From: Phoronis australis
Lineage: Eukaryota; Animalia; Phoronida
Assembly (NCBI GenBank): GCA_002633005.1
Contig: NMRA01000274.1
Location: 477,143 to 541,142 of the forward strand
DNA: 64,000 nucleotides
Direction: 5' to 3'
Below the pieces are notes generated by a model. The model ran no database searches and was not told the origin of the DNA. It was given only the letters and a program-made list of their open reading frames with translations. Shown here one piece after another: positions 27,901 to 38,400 of the stretch. Every line of letters begins with the position of its first letter. Within the stretch, counting starts at the first letter, position 1. The translations under genes were made by a program, and so were the position numbers.

Positions 27901-30900
27901 AATTACCCTATCATCGCTGTGAGTGAGGGCACTTTGGAACACGTTTTCCCGAACAAGATCTTTCCAGCCAGCATCAAGTCCATCTTTTAGCATTCCCCCA
28001 GCTCTGGCTTGTTTCAAACAGGTTATCAGCGCCCCCAGATGGCTGTTGCTTAGACTACCACAGGTCAGTTGACTGACAATATGTTGCAAGGAAGCTGACT
28101 CTGTCTTCATTAAAACTGGTAACACGTGCTGCAATAAGTTGGGAAAAATACATTTTGGCCTCATCTGAATGCTAACAAGTCATAGCTGCATCCAAGCATA
28201 AATTATCTGTCACATTCGTTGCATACACCAATAAAATAATGAGTGAAGCGCTAAGACATGTCAGAGAATCTTTAACAACTGAGGTGCATGTCAATTTTAT
28301 TTATTTGCTTTCTGCTAGATTATTTGCTAAATTACTAAGAAAAATGAACTCCTTTCTTGACTGCTGAAAATTTAATGCAAATTACAAGCCACGGGACGGC
28401 TACTCAAATTACACCTCTCTTCCCATTATTAAAGCAAAGTCTCTACTGTTACATCACAAGTAGGTGGTTTACCTGAACAGTGTAGACCTTTTGTTCCCGG
28501 GTGCCATGGCAGAGTACATCCACCACGGGGTCAACCCAGGTCACTAGCCATTGCCTGCTCTCCCATTGGCCAGACATGATTCCATGCTCTCTGTCAGTTG
28601 ATGATAATTTATTGAAGAACAGGCTCATCTACAATGTCGATTAACAGTGAATACTTGCTCAAATACCAATTTTGATAACAATTAGCTGCTGTGCATTTGA
28701 TGATATTGGTTGAAAAAGGTTGGCTGGTCGATTATGAAACAGTAAACGAACAAAGTCTTTCTGAAACTGTTTTGAGGCAGTGATGAGGTACATCGTTTGT
28801 AGAATCTATTGGTCTATTTACACCGACCATACAACCATGTTCACTCTGCTAAGAACGCTGTAACACCTGATAATAACCGAAATGTCGTGCCAATGTAAAC
28901 AGGCTACAGACTGGTAAAAACAGATTAATAGATTTTACAAGTACTGTGATATTGTGCATGTTCATCAAACTCAAGATATTTGTCTTTTTGTGTTCTAGAA
29001 CCATCTTTTTTCATTATGTTCTACATCATTTGGAACCTTCAGAAAAATAAAAATGTTTTGAAAATCACACCTGTGTTCACCTGTAATAATTATCACTAAT
29101 TACTCCTAAAATCAAATTACTACCACCACTGTTACTTACATGATTGGCCAAGGTCTGGTCACCAATGTACGTCAATATGTCTCGAGGCAGGGAAGGCTGC
29201 ACCTCCAAGAACCAGGCAACCCCCAAGTGACCAACGAGGCAGCACAGTGGACCATACTTGCCTTTAGTTGACCAGCCAGACTCAAGCATTGACCGGGCTA
29301 GTGATCTTAGATAGCACGAGGTTTGGGGATCTGAATAAAGGAAGAAACATGCATATTTGAAGAACGTGCTATCTTGTGAATATACTGAAGATAGTTCGCT
29401 CAAGATTTTGCAAAGGGATACGCGACCTTACAAACCTTCAGTTCCGCAAACTCAACACACAGAAAAACACATCAGCACAGTCAAGAGTACAACAATTAAT
29501 TCATCAGCAATAAACTGTTTGTTCTTACCTTCTTTAGTCACAAGCAAGTGCATGTGAACAACATTCTCAAATATCTCTCTACACTGGTGCCTGATGGCAT
29601 CTACACTGTCTTGCCAGTGAGAATATATGTAGTCCAGTATTTTGCTGTTTACATCACCGCCTCCACTCAGGCGAGTCAATGTTGCATCGGATGAAGAGAT
29701 CTCCTTGATTAATGCACTACAACAGAAAACTTTATTTTGTAAACCTTCCTTGTATTGTTTGCATCAATTGAAATGTAGCTTTGAACTAAGACTGAGAAGT
29801 CATTATGATCACTGATTTCCAACCAACACCACAACCAATATCTGACTGGTTCATTTTGTAACAACCAACACTTCAACCAATGTCCGACTGGTTCATTTTC
29901 TAACAACCAACACTACAATCAATATCTGACTGGTTCATTTTCTAACAACCAACACTTTGAATCAATATCTGACTGGTTCATTTTCTAACAACCAACACTT
30001 TGATCAATATCTGACTCGTTCATTTTCAAATTTTCAGTCAAAAAGTGCAATAAATTACACCAGGTTAAACGAAAGAACAATCAAATCCTGCCTTTGGAAT
30101 ATTTTGCAATAACAAATGACATACCAAGCCTTATTTGTCCATAAAATGAGAAATCGGAATCCTGCTAGTTTAAGTGAAACGTCCGTCAATCTGAAATGCA
30201 AGAATAGGTGCGACACATGAAAAAGGTAATCAGGAAAAAATCATTTTCCTGTCATAACAGCTAATTCTGTTAACAGCAAAAACGATTGGTAATAATTATT
30301 ATGGTGGCAAAATTCCAATTATATAATGACTTAGACACCCAGTTTTGAACTTTCTTGTTAATTTGCCTTCATTCTCGGTCATACGGAAGACTAATTCTGA
30401 TGATGAGTTCGACTGCCACCCAGCCGCCATGACAGGTAATTTCGAGTAATTTTGTCTCAATACTTTAGGCTGTATGCACTTATAAACTACTTCCTTTTGC
30501 ATCGAACACTTTATTTTTGTTAAATAAATTTCATTAAGTAAAAAATCCATTTTGAAAGTCATTAAACAGCATAATTCAAACCAAAGAATAACAGTTGTTG
30601 ATTAAGCATTACAACTCTTAAGCAACACTCACAATCTACTGATCAACAGTGCTATATATGAAACACGGCTATTACTTTAGAAGATCCATTTTAAACACTG
30701 GTGAGTGCTGAATATCTTGATTTATATTTGCAATCTTAACAAAAAATTGAACCAAGCAAAAAATAAGTCAACACTCTTGTATTCTAAGTAACAATTATTA
30801 CTCTTACTCATATCTTATAAACACATTGAACTATAACAGAACATTCATATTGTTTTCTATGAATACTGTGACCAGAATAGAGCTAATACGTGTCTTGGTG

Positions 30901-33900
30901 AAATAAACCGCTTCATTCGTAGTTTACCTAATACTGTAAAGGTGGCTTGGTTTGCCCTGCCAATATAATGCTCAATACAACTACAACACAGTGTCTGGGC
31001 CATGCAACAAAACAACCGCACAGTGAACCTAAATCAACAACAAACAAGTTACCTTGGTAACCAACAACACCAGTCCTCAAACAAAATGCCGACTAATAAC
31101 CTGAAGCCAAGTTCTGAGCTGTCAAGCGATCCCAGAACTCCGCTGTAGAAACATATCAAGGAGCTGAGAGGTAAATCTCCACACGTGTTACCATACTCTA
31201 TAAATCGGCTGGTTACTGCTGTATTGCCCAGTTTACCCAAGATGGCTAGTATCTGAAAAAGTGAGACCGTAATGCTCGTTTTCACGACGTATGCACACAA
31301 TCACGAGGGCATTTTCCATTAGGGGAAATATACATTCATAAATAAGCCATCACACAACTGCAAATTTCCTACTAACAGATGGAAGTGAAAGTTTCTGTCA
31401 AAATAGCTTGATCCAAGCATTTTGTGTCTTCTATTACGGTTACGCAGAACCTAGTGTGCTATTATCCAAATATGTACAAAACTAAAAGTGAAAGAGAATA
31501 TCGTCAGAAACTAGAAAGCCTTTATATCAACAACCTGACAGTGAACAAAAATTTGTCAACTAAACTTAAGACCAAAAAGTACAGTTGGTTCTGGCTTTTT
31601 TTTTCTAAAAATCACTACAGTGGTACGGTATTTTTTTAAATGCTCACTTTTTCAAAAAAGAAAATCCCCCTGAACGAGCAAAATGATGCAGGATTTTTTA
31701 AATCTTCGCATGGCAAACCATGGTTTTCAAACCTCGATTATCCTTGGTTAAGTGCCTTTTTGCAGGTTTTCAATAAGAAACACGAGACCTTGACTGAAAC
31801 TGATGCGGGCAGGCATTCTTAGCCAGAAAACACAGGTCTCAAAATTAGTAGGGATAAGACCAGAACCAGCTTTGTTTGGCCTAATGGATACGAAAAATGT
31901 ACTTTGAAAAATTAATTTGAACTTAGAACAAAACATTATGGTTAAGTATCGAGAAACTTTCCCAGAAACCTGTTAAGAAGAGTTGCCCCAAAATGTTACA
32001 TGTCCACATATGAAAAGCAGTAGTTAAGGTAAATGAATACTTTCGTCACCAAATCTTTGATAGAATTACCAGCATGAAAATGATGCTTGGACATTTGTAG
32101 TCACATGGCCTTGTTTAAAAATTTGGAAATAATGGCAATTAGTATGTAAAGGAATCATTATCCTAGAAATGAAGGCATTCAGTGACATTAAGACTCATTT
32201 TTCGGACAAAACGAAAGCCTACATCAGACTCCAGGTGATTGCTGAATATCTTCACGACTAATGGCACGCACATTCCACATGCTGCTCTACAGTCCAGGAT
32301 GTAGGTTTCTGCAACAGAACCAATCAGACATGTAGGTATCAGTAAATCAACCAATCAGACATGCAGGTATCAGCAAAACAACCAATGAGACATGTAGATC
32401 TCTGTAAAACAACAGATACAATATGTAAGTTTCTGTAAAACAACCAATCAGACATATAGTCTCTATAAAACAACTAATCAGATATGTAGGTACCTGTAAA
32501 ACAACCAATCAGACAATCATGTACGCTTCTATAAAACAACCAATCAGACATGTGGGTCTCTGTGAAACAACCAATCAGACACGTAGATCTCTGTAAAGCA
32601 ACTAATCAGACACAAGCTGATATGAGTAAACGAAATAAATTACCATTATACCACTACACCAATATTTGTTTCCTCATCTCATGCTGTGAATAGCCTTTCA
32701 GCCAGTGGTTAGAACTAGGTAACAATGACAGAATATGTCGAAACATTTTTGCCTTTTTTGCTTTTATTGGCTTAGACATTTAGTATACGTCAATAGAACT
32801 ACACCGTAATTGTCGCTTCCACAGATGTGCATATAATTTTTAAAAATGTGTGTTTCATAGTATAGAAACTGTTTGAAAAGATAAACAAAACGTAGTTAAT
32901 TACCTTTTTATTAAATTATTTGATGGGCTAGCTCAACAAACAATTGAAATTGAGATTATATCCTAAAAACACAAACCAGAGCTTTAATAATCTAATGGTA
33001 AGTTTGTGCGAACGCCGAGTCATAGATCAGGGCTCCATTTCATGAAAATGACTCGAGACTTGATCCCACTTCACAACTGCTGAATAAAGTAATTATGAGC
33101 GTATCACAGTCTTGAAATAATTTACAGAAATTATCTGAAGTAACTAGTAGTTATGTTTATATTTTCAATTATTTTCCACAACTAGTTGTATGGAGCATAA
33201 GATCAAATTTCTGTCTTAAGTCACTTTTCACGAAACAAACTCCAAAAACTACACCTGAACCTGTTGTGACTGTCACTTATTGGCCAAGGAGTCTATGAGT
33301 CTTGCCACTGAAACGTTTCTGTAACCTGAATTAGAAGACTAACCATCAGCGAGTATTTCCCACAAACACTGCAGCATTTCTTTGGCCATCATCCAAGACT
33401 CGCCCTGATTGGTCTGAAGTTGAGGCATGCACTTCTGCATGAATTTAGCAGACGTCTGCAGCGTCATTAGACATTCAAGCATTATCTTGTTCTGTGACAT
33501 GGGGTTTTCAGCAAAGCTGGGAATATAAGGTAACAGACTCTGAACATGAACAGGTCCTTTGATCTGCAGGATTTCACACTGAGCCAAAGCATGACCTAAC
33601 GAAACCTTGAGACTTTCATTGAGACAAAGTATGCTGTGTTCCAACAATAAAACATCATATTTAAAAAAACCGAAACTTCAGTCAACACGTATTTCGAAAA
33701 TAGAAGAACTGGGAATTTAATTTATTTTTTTGATTTTTTTTATTCCTAGAACAACTTTAAATTGAAGGGGTCCTAGAAGTATCAAATAAAAATGAAATCA
33801 AGACAATGACTTTTAAATTTCAAGTTAAAATTCAAACACACATTTGAATTGTAACGCTACTATAGTCAACAACTTGCGGTTGAATCTGGTAAGAGGCTTT

Positions 33901-36900
33901 TTGGGGTGAAGACATTGCACCGAATAGAAAATACTCAAACCTTCACGAGTATTTACCCAGTTCCAACACAGCTTTGAAGTTGTTTGGTCAAGTAGTGGAA
34001 GACATCCCAGCCTGCTTGTTGAAGAACCATCTCCCCTGAAAATAAATGAGTGATCTTGTGAGTTGGAGGGCTCTGTAACTGAAGAGAATTTAATGAGAAT
34101 AGAAAAAGCAAGACTCTGTACCCGGGGCTAACCTTTTTACATGAATTACATGAAATCAAACTTGAAATTGATGTACCAATTCAACACAAGTGTCTATTAT
34201 TACAATATGTTCGAGTATATATTAATGACTTAATTGATCAAGTGTGCACTTGATAACCCCAGCATATATTAAGTCACAACTAAGAAGCAAAAACTTTGCC
34301 AAGTTACAAAAAGAAGAAATGAAGAAGCACATAACTTAAGGTATAAAAAAAATTATATTTTAAAATTATTTTTCATAAACCAAATGCCAAACTTGTCATT
34401 TCTCATTTTACAAAGATTGACTACTGTGCTGAAAATAATCAAAAAATTACCAAGTTGTTGTTTTATGATTATGTCGTGAAAGCTTCGCTTGTAATACACA
34501 AGTCAGAATAATGTTAAAATATATTTCGACAAAATAAAAATCCAGTTCTCTGTCATGTCATTGTACTGTTAAAACCTGATAAGCACAGCTGTGTGAAAAG
34601 CAAAATATTTCATATTTACACTCACAAATTGAAATATCTATCATTAAAGGTGTATTTGCATGCTCCTAACTATGTTAATGTATAGCAGGAACTAAACCAC
34701 AATGCTATTTGAACACCATCTACTCTAAACAAAGTGCAGTTGTATTCACTGACAACTTGTAAATAATTTACCTTTGCACTAATGATGCATCCTGGGGGTT
34801 AATAAAACTTGTATCACACAGTGTCACTCCCCAACACCACGTCATGATACTGACTGGACATGGTTGAGTGATTTACGACGGGTCATTTTCGACACAAGAC
34901 TCTTTCTTAAAAACCTTTGGAAATTTTCAACCTATTTCATATTCACATTGTCACTATACATTGTGTTCCTAATTAATTCGACCAAGCAATCTCAGAAATA
35001 ATGAATTAGCATGCAAGTTCCGCTTCAAAACCACCATATACATATTTCAAAGAACAGCGCGGGTCATGGAAACTTTACATCTAATACTATCAAGATAATT
35101 CTCACCAATCCGGAAGTTTTCCATCAGACCTGTAATAAGAGTAACCGAGCATTCTTCAGCGTCGACTGAATCGACGTGACGGCAAATTCTCTCCAACAAA
35201 AGCTGTAGTAAAGTATCCACTACAGCCTCATGCACACAGTGTGGACTGGCTTGGAGGCAACTGGAAACAAATAATCAAGTATTCTTCTAAATCCAAACAG
35301 CTGTTTGGTTTGTAATCCCTAACAGCTGATTGACCAAAGACTCATTTTCACAATTTCAAACTAATGTAACACAAAATCTGGGCTGGGTGGTATAAATCTA
35401 TGGATTTATACACAGGATATGTTTCATTGAACTTTTTACGGTTTGCAATTTTCGGAATATCCTTCACCTAGGCCGCCACCTGTTGGCTGGAAGTGTAGGT
35501 GGTATACATTCTTTGTTTTCATTGGTTGGTTTCACTCTGCTCTGGATGACTGGCAACCCACAATCCATTGTAATATGGACATAACTGTCTGAGTGTCTAC
35601 ATGTAAGAAGATATCAATGTTGTTATAGAATGCATAACTTGTAACCAGGTCCTGACATTCAGAAAAGGGTTCACCCTTCCCATATTCTGATTACACTCAG
35701 TTCTTGGCCAAGGAATAATAAAAAAATTTGTATGAACAAACACCTTACCTCTGATAGCAGTAGTGTGAAACGGCAAATGATGTTCTCATCATAGCCAACA
35801 AGGCTGTCATTGTGCTAATCACTGAGTCTAACAAAGAAAAGCTTTACATCAAAAACCCAATGTTTATAAAGCAACAAAACATCATTTCAGTGTTGATATA
35901 GCAGTGGTGGTGGCTTATTCACTGTGCTGTCGAATCTTTGACACTTTTTTCTCTTTTGCCTGATGGTGCTCTTACGTAAGAGCAAAATGTTGCATTTTTT
36001 TTGAAACGTGAAATATGAAGTTTCAGTAGTTGCATGTTCTTTCTTGAATACATTACACCAAAAGCGGTCATTGCTACACATTGCTAAAGTAAAACTGTTA
36101 GCATACCTAGCCAGTGCCCTCTGGTGGGCCGGGTGGTTACTGCAGCCTATATAACAAGAGCAGAGGGCTTCAATAGACAAAGATGATGACTCGGAGATAT
36201 CATGGGGAGACAATGACTTCAGTCTAGTAGCAATCTGTAAGCAAAGAATAGCCATTTTAATGAACAGAAGATCATTATATAGGGTTTAGTATGCTTTCAT
36301 AGTGTTCAGACACTTAATTTAGGTACTAGTAGAAAATCATTCCCAGAAAAAGAAAGCGACTAACATGTTCAGCACCAAAACAAAATCACTAAATTTCAAT
36401 AGACTCAACTAAATATAAAATATCAATTGAGGCATTGTGTTTTATATAATGATATTTGACTCACTTTCTTCAAAATGATCATTTGATCAGATCCTTTTGA
36501 AGCTTTCAGTAAACTGTAGACTAGCGCTGCTTCACTGTTTTCCCCACAGGTGTCACTACACACTGAAAGGAATAAAAACCAAAGGTTGAAAGCCACAAAT
36601 AATCAACAATAAAATTCTATCATGGCACTGAGTAAACGTTTTCTCCCTCACCCACTCCCTCTAGCTAACTCTCAAATGTTACCACATACAAGAGTGCATC
36701 TGCCTAAAACATGCTAGCTTACAGTGAATTTGTCGATAATGGAGGTTGGTATTTGTTGGTGGGAGAAGTGCATGTCACAGATCATAAGAGTTCACTCTTG
36801 CCACAGACCATAGAGGTCCCTCCCACAAATTTATCGCTTGTAAAATTTTAATCTCTTGACTGATTTTCTCTTCAATGTTGCCATTCGAAAGACAAGGAAA

Positions 36901-37252
36901 ATATGTTTTACTTCACCAAGTAAGCTTTCCAAAAATACCACAAAATTTATATGGAAGTGTAAAATAATGTGAAAAACTGTCGAAAACGGGCGTGTTTACA
37001 CTATTACCTATAAAAACATACAATCGACTTTTTAAATACAAAGTCGAACAGTGAACACTATTTAAGTATATTCCTATGTCATGTAGATTCCAACATGGTT
37101 CAGAACAACATAGCCTTGGTGCAAAGCTGTATTATTATATATGTGAGTAAAAATTATGCACCATTCAATTTCTAACTCAATTCCTCCCAACGAAGATAGA
37201 ACGCAAACGATCGCATTATACACTGGAGGCACGTGTTTTGGATCTTGCCCAT
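6982..37252 (-). CDS. THADA: THADA / Trm732-family armadillo-repeat protein, about 36 coding exons
   Basis: Phase-consistent exons (5'->3'): 37177-37252 (tentative), 36465-36562, 36107-36234, 35106-35260, 33957-34035, 33344-33516, 32223-32308, 31053-31252, 30125-30190, 29529-29716, 29140-29330, 28473-28628, 27907-28128, 27389-27544, 26352-26438, 25832-25979, 24236-24381, 23522-23647, 22784-23004, 21458-21600, 20900-21132, 20229-20338, 19601-19733, 18636-18755, 17670-17792, 16575-16666, 16079-16165, 15469-15600, 14578-14746, 14097-14203, 10964-11417, 10618-10739, 10127-10205, 9570-9732, 8395-8621, 6982-7407. Family motifs seen: SPVISHSSPEG, LACCWRTVKEVSL, LLESRHRGAFELAYAGFVK, LCATRRSAGVPFYIQ, VHSLNTLRALFKDSRL, WAIRNSCTLLFSALMTRIFG, MTGREFFTRYPSLYPFLL, HGILLQ, LFDRGEIN. 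The first exon and a few boundaries are uncertain. Confidence 0.95.
7870..8314. mobile_element. hAT-like MITE, 13-bp TIR, 6-bp TSD (copy 1)
   Basis: TIR CAGGGCTTGGAAT...ATTCCAAGCCCTG flanked on both sides by AGCAAG. Confidence 0.9.
12310..13685. mobile_element. CpG-rich DNA-transposon relic, possibly composite
   Basis: Abrupt CpG enrichment inside an AT-rich intron. The right end reads CAGGGACTCATCTAGCGGCCGTCC on the - strand with reiterated GGCCGTC subterminal motifs. No matching left TIR or TSD was established. Confidence 0.45.
14902..15207. mobile_element. Tc1/mariner-like MITE family (about 240-300 bp); other copies at about 30226-30478, 45933-46232 (duplicate 47083-47382) and 48298-48531
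   Basis: Shared terminal inverted motif CAAAAGTA(A/T)TCAGACAA...TTGTCTGA(A/T)TACTTTTG, TACAGT-like ends, and a shared interior (GGCAAAATTCCAATTA, CATGACnGGGAATTCTGGGT). Confidence 0.75.
18417..18504. repeat. 12-bp tandem repeat (AGCATGTAGCAC) x about 7
   Basis: Direct reading; nearly perfect. Confidence 0.95.
18919..19423. mobile_element. hAT-like MITE, same family, opposite orientation (copy 2)
   Basis: Same TIR, flanked on both sides by CAGGTA. The interior is a reverse-complement homologue of 7870-8314. Confidence 0.9.
21700..21990. mobile_element. Degenerate foldback MITE; related pieces at about 16870-17130 and 23390-23470
   Basis: Inverted arms TACTCTCATAAAATCAGTCTCATA (21731) and ATGAGACTGATTTTATGACGAGAGTA (about 21937-21962). 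The same motif recurs in two other THADA introns. Confidence 0.6.
25365..25482 (+). mobile_element. 3' end of an RTE-like LINE
   Basis: Translates as QLEGIAQDRTEWKSSIRGLY (an AQDRxxW terminal motif typical of RTE ORF2), followed by a short 3' UTR and a (TGA)n-like tail. Confidence 0.65.
29811..30030. repeat. About 40-bp minisatellite x about 5 (AACAACCAACAC...CAATATCTGACTGGTTCATTTTCT)
   Basis: Direct reading; lies in a THADA intron. Confidence 0.9.
32299..32611. repeat. 31-bp minisatellite x 10 overlapping a THADA splice acceptor
   Basis: Consensus ATGTAGGTnTCTGTAAAACAACCAATCAGAC. The first unit spans the exon boundary at 32308/32309. Confidence 0.92.
33029..33243. mobile_element. Degenerate MITE with GG(G)nCCnTTTCATGAAA-type termini; relatives at about 52330-52583 and 53196-53458 (and their duplicates)
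   Basis: Inverted termini TTTCATGAAAA(G)TGACT...AGTCACTTT(T)CATGAAAC shared among the copies. Superfamily (Harbinger-like) is only a guess. Confidence 0.55.
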
Positions 37253-38400
37253 TTTTGCAAAACAACTTCTGTCTTCATGTTTACTTCCTGTTGTAATTTA
37301 AGCATGTTTGGTATTCGCCGACTGCTGGGGGTGGCAATGGATTCACAAAATAAACGGAACAGTTGCGAACCAAAGGTAGTAAATCTACGAAAACTGTTGG
37401 TAATTTAAAATTTGGAAGTTACCACAAATTTTGAAACAAATTTCGCCAGGATTTTGAGTTGGGGGGCAAGGCATTAGCCGCGATTTTGACCGTCAGACTT
37501 TCGCACACCCGAAGTCCAAATGGAATATGAGAGAATTTTAGGGGGGGGGGCATGGGCCCTTACTCCCCTCCCCCCTAAATCCGTCACTGCTCACAGCGGC
37601 GACTTCATGAAAGTCGTAATGTACTTACCTAGCCAGTAGACCTTAATAAGCTGGCACTGGTCAGATATACTGGATATAGCGGTCCCTGATTTTGAGAACC
37701 AGGCAATCACTGAATAACGAGCACCTTATTCAGTGGATGAAACTGACTCTCAAAAATAGGGACCACTATATCCGACCAGTTCCAGCTAGGTCTACCGGCT
37801 AGGTAGGAACAACATGACTTCCATCCAATTCCACCATGTCCATAGAGTATACGACTATACGAGTATCTATTCCACTTGCCTTTTCGGAGCGCTTCCTCCA
37901 AATTGCTGCAAATAATAATTTTTGCGTTGGAAATTTCCCTTTTTCTTTTCCCAGTCATTGTAATTAAAATAATATTCAATCACGTCCTCAATGTGATTAC
38001 GATCGAGTCCCGGAGTCCCGCGTAAACTCGAAATACTGGACCAATGTTTGACACACACACATTTGCAACAACTTCCACATGTGAACATCTGGGACTGTGC
38101 CATGGTAATGGTAAATTGGAACCTATTCCCAAAATGCAAAATGATTTGCTTTTAACGGCTGTAACGAAGCAAATTTCAAATTAAAAGGTGGTGTTTTGCT
38201 TTCATGATTTTGTTTCTATTTTTGAATAACACTGGTGCTTGTTAAATCACAGTACATATTTTAAAACGTTTTCATTAAATTAGACATCTATTATCTCACC
38301 ACACGTAAATAAGAATCGAGAAAGTGATTTGACTTTTGAGTGCTATTCCTTACCAGTTGCAATTAATGCACTGGATTTCCTGGTAATAGCGTTCGAAAAC
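37253..38400. promoter_or_regulatory. Putative bidirectional promoter region shared by THADA and ARV1
   Basis: Divergent start codons about 1.15 kb apart and locally CpG-richer sequence. ETS-like ACTTCCTG (37283-37290) and ATTTCCTG (38375-38382) lie next to each start. Confidence 0.55.
37607..37824. mobile_element. Foldback (palindromic) MITE between the THADA and ARV1 starts; related copies at about 19806-19906 and 15707-15785
   Basis: Arms TACCTAGCCAGTAGACCT / AGGTCTACCGGCTAGGTA and GGATATAGCGGTCCCTGATTTTGAGA / TCTCAAAAATAGGGACCACTATATCC, with centre CACTGAATAA-8 nt-TTATTCAGTG. Confidence 0.8.

Noticed and set aside
30927-31028. Possible additional THADA exon
   Set aside because: Its end phase is incompatible with the next exon; 31053^30190 joins in frame without it.
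29811-32611. Short regular repeats as a CRISPR array
   Set aside because: Head-to-tail minisatellites without unique spacers, in eukaryotic introns, with no cas genes.
37621-37642. Strong minus-strand donor (TAG|GTAAGT) as the THADA first exon
   Set aside because: It is the arm of a palindromic MITE, mirrored at about 37790-37806; no linked coding frame was found.
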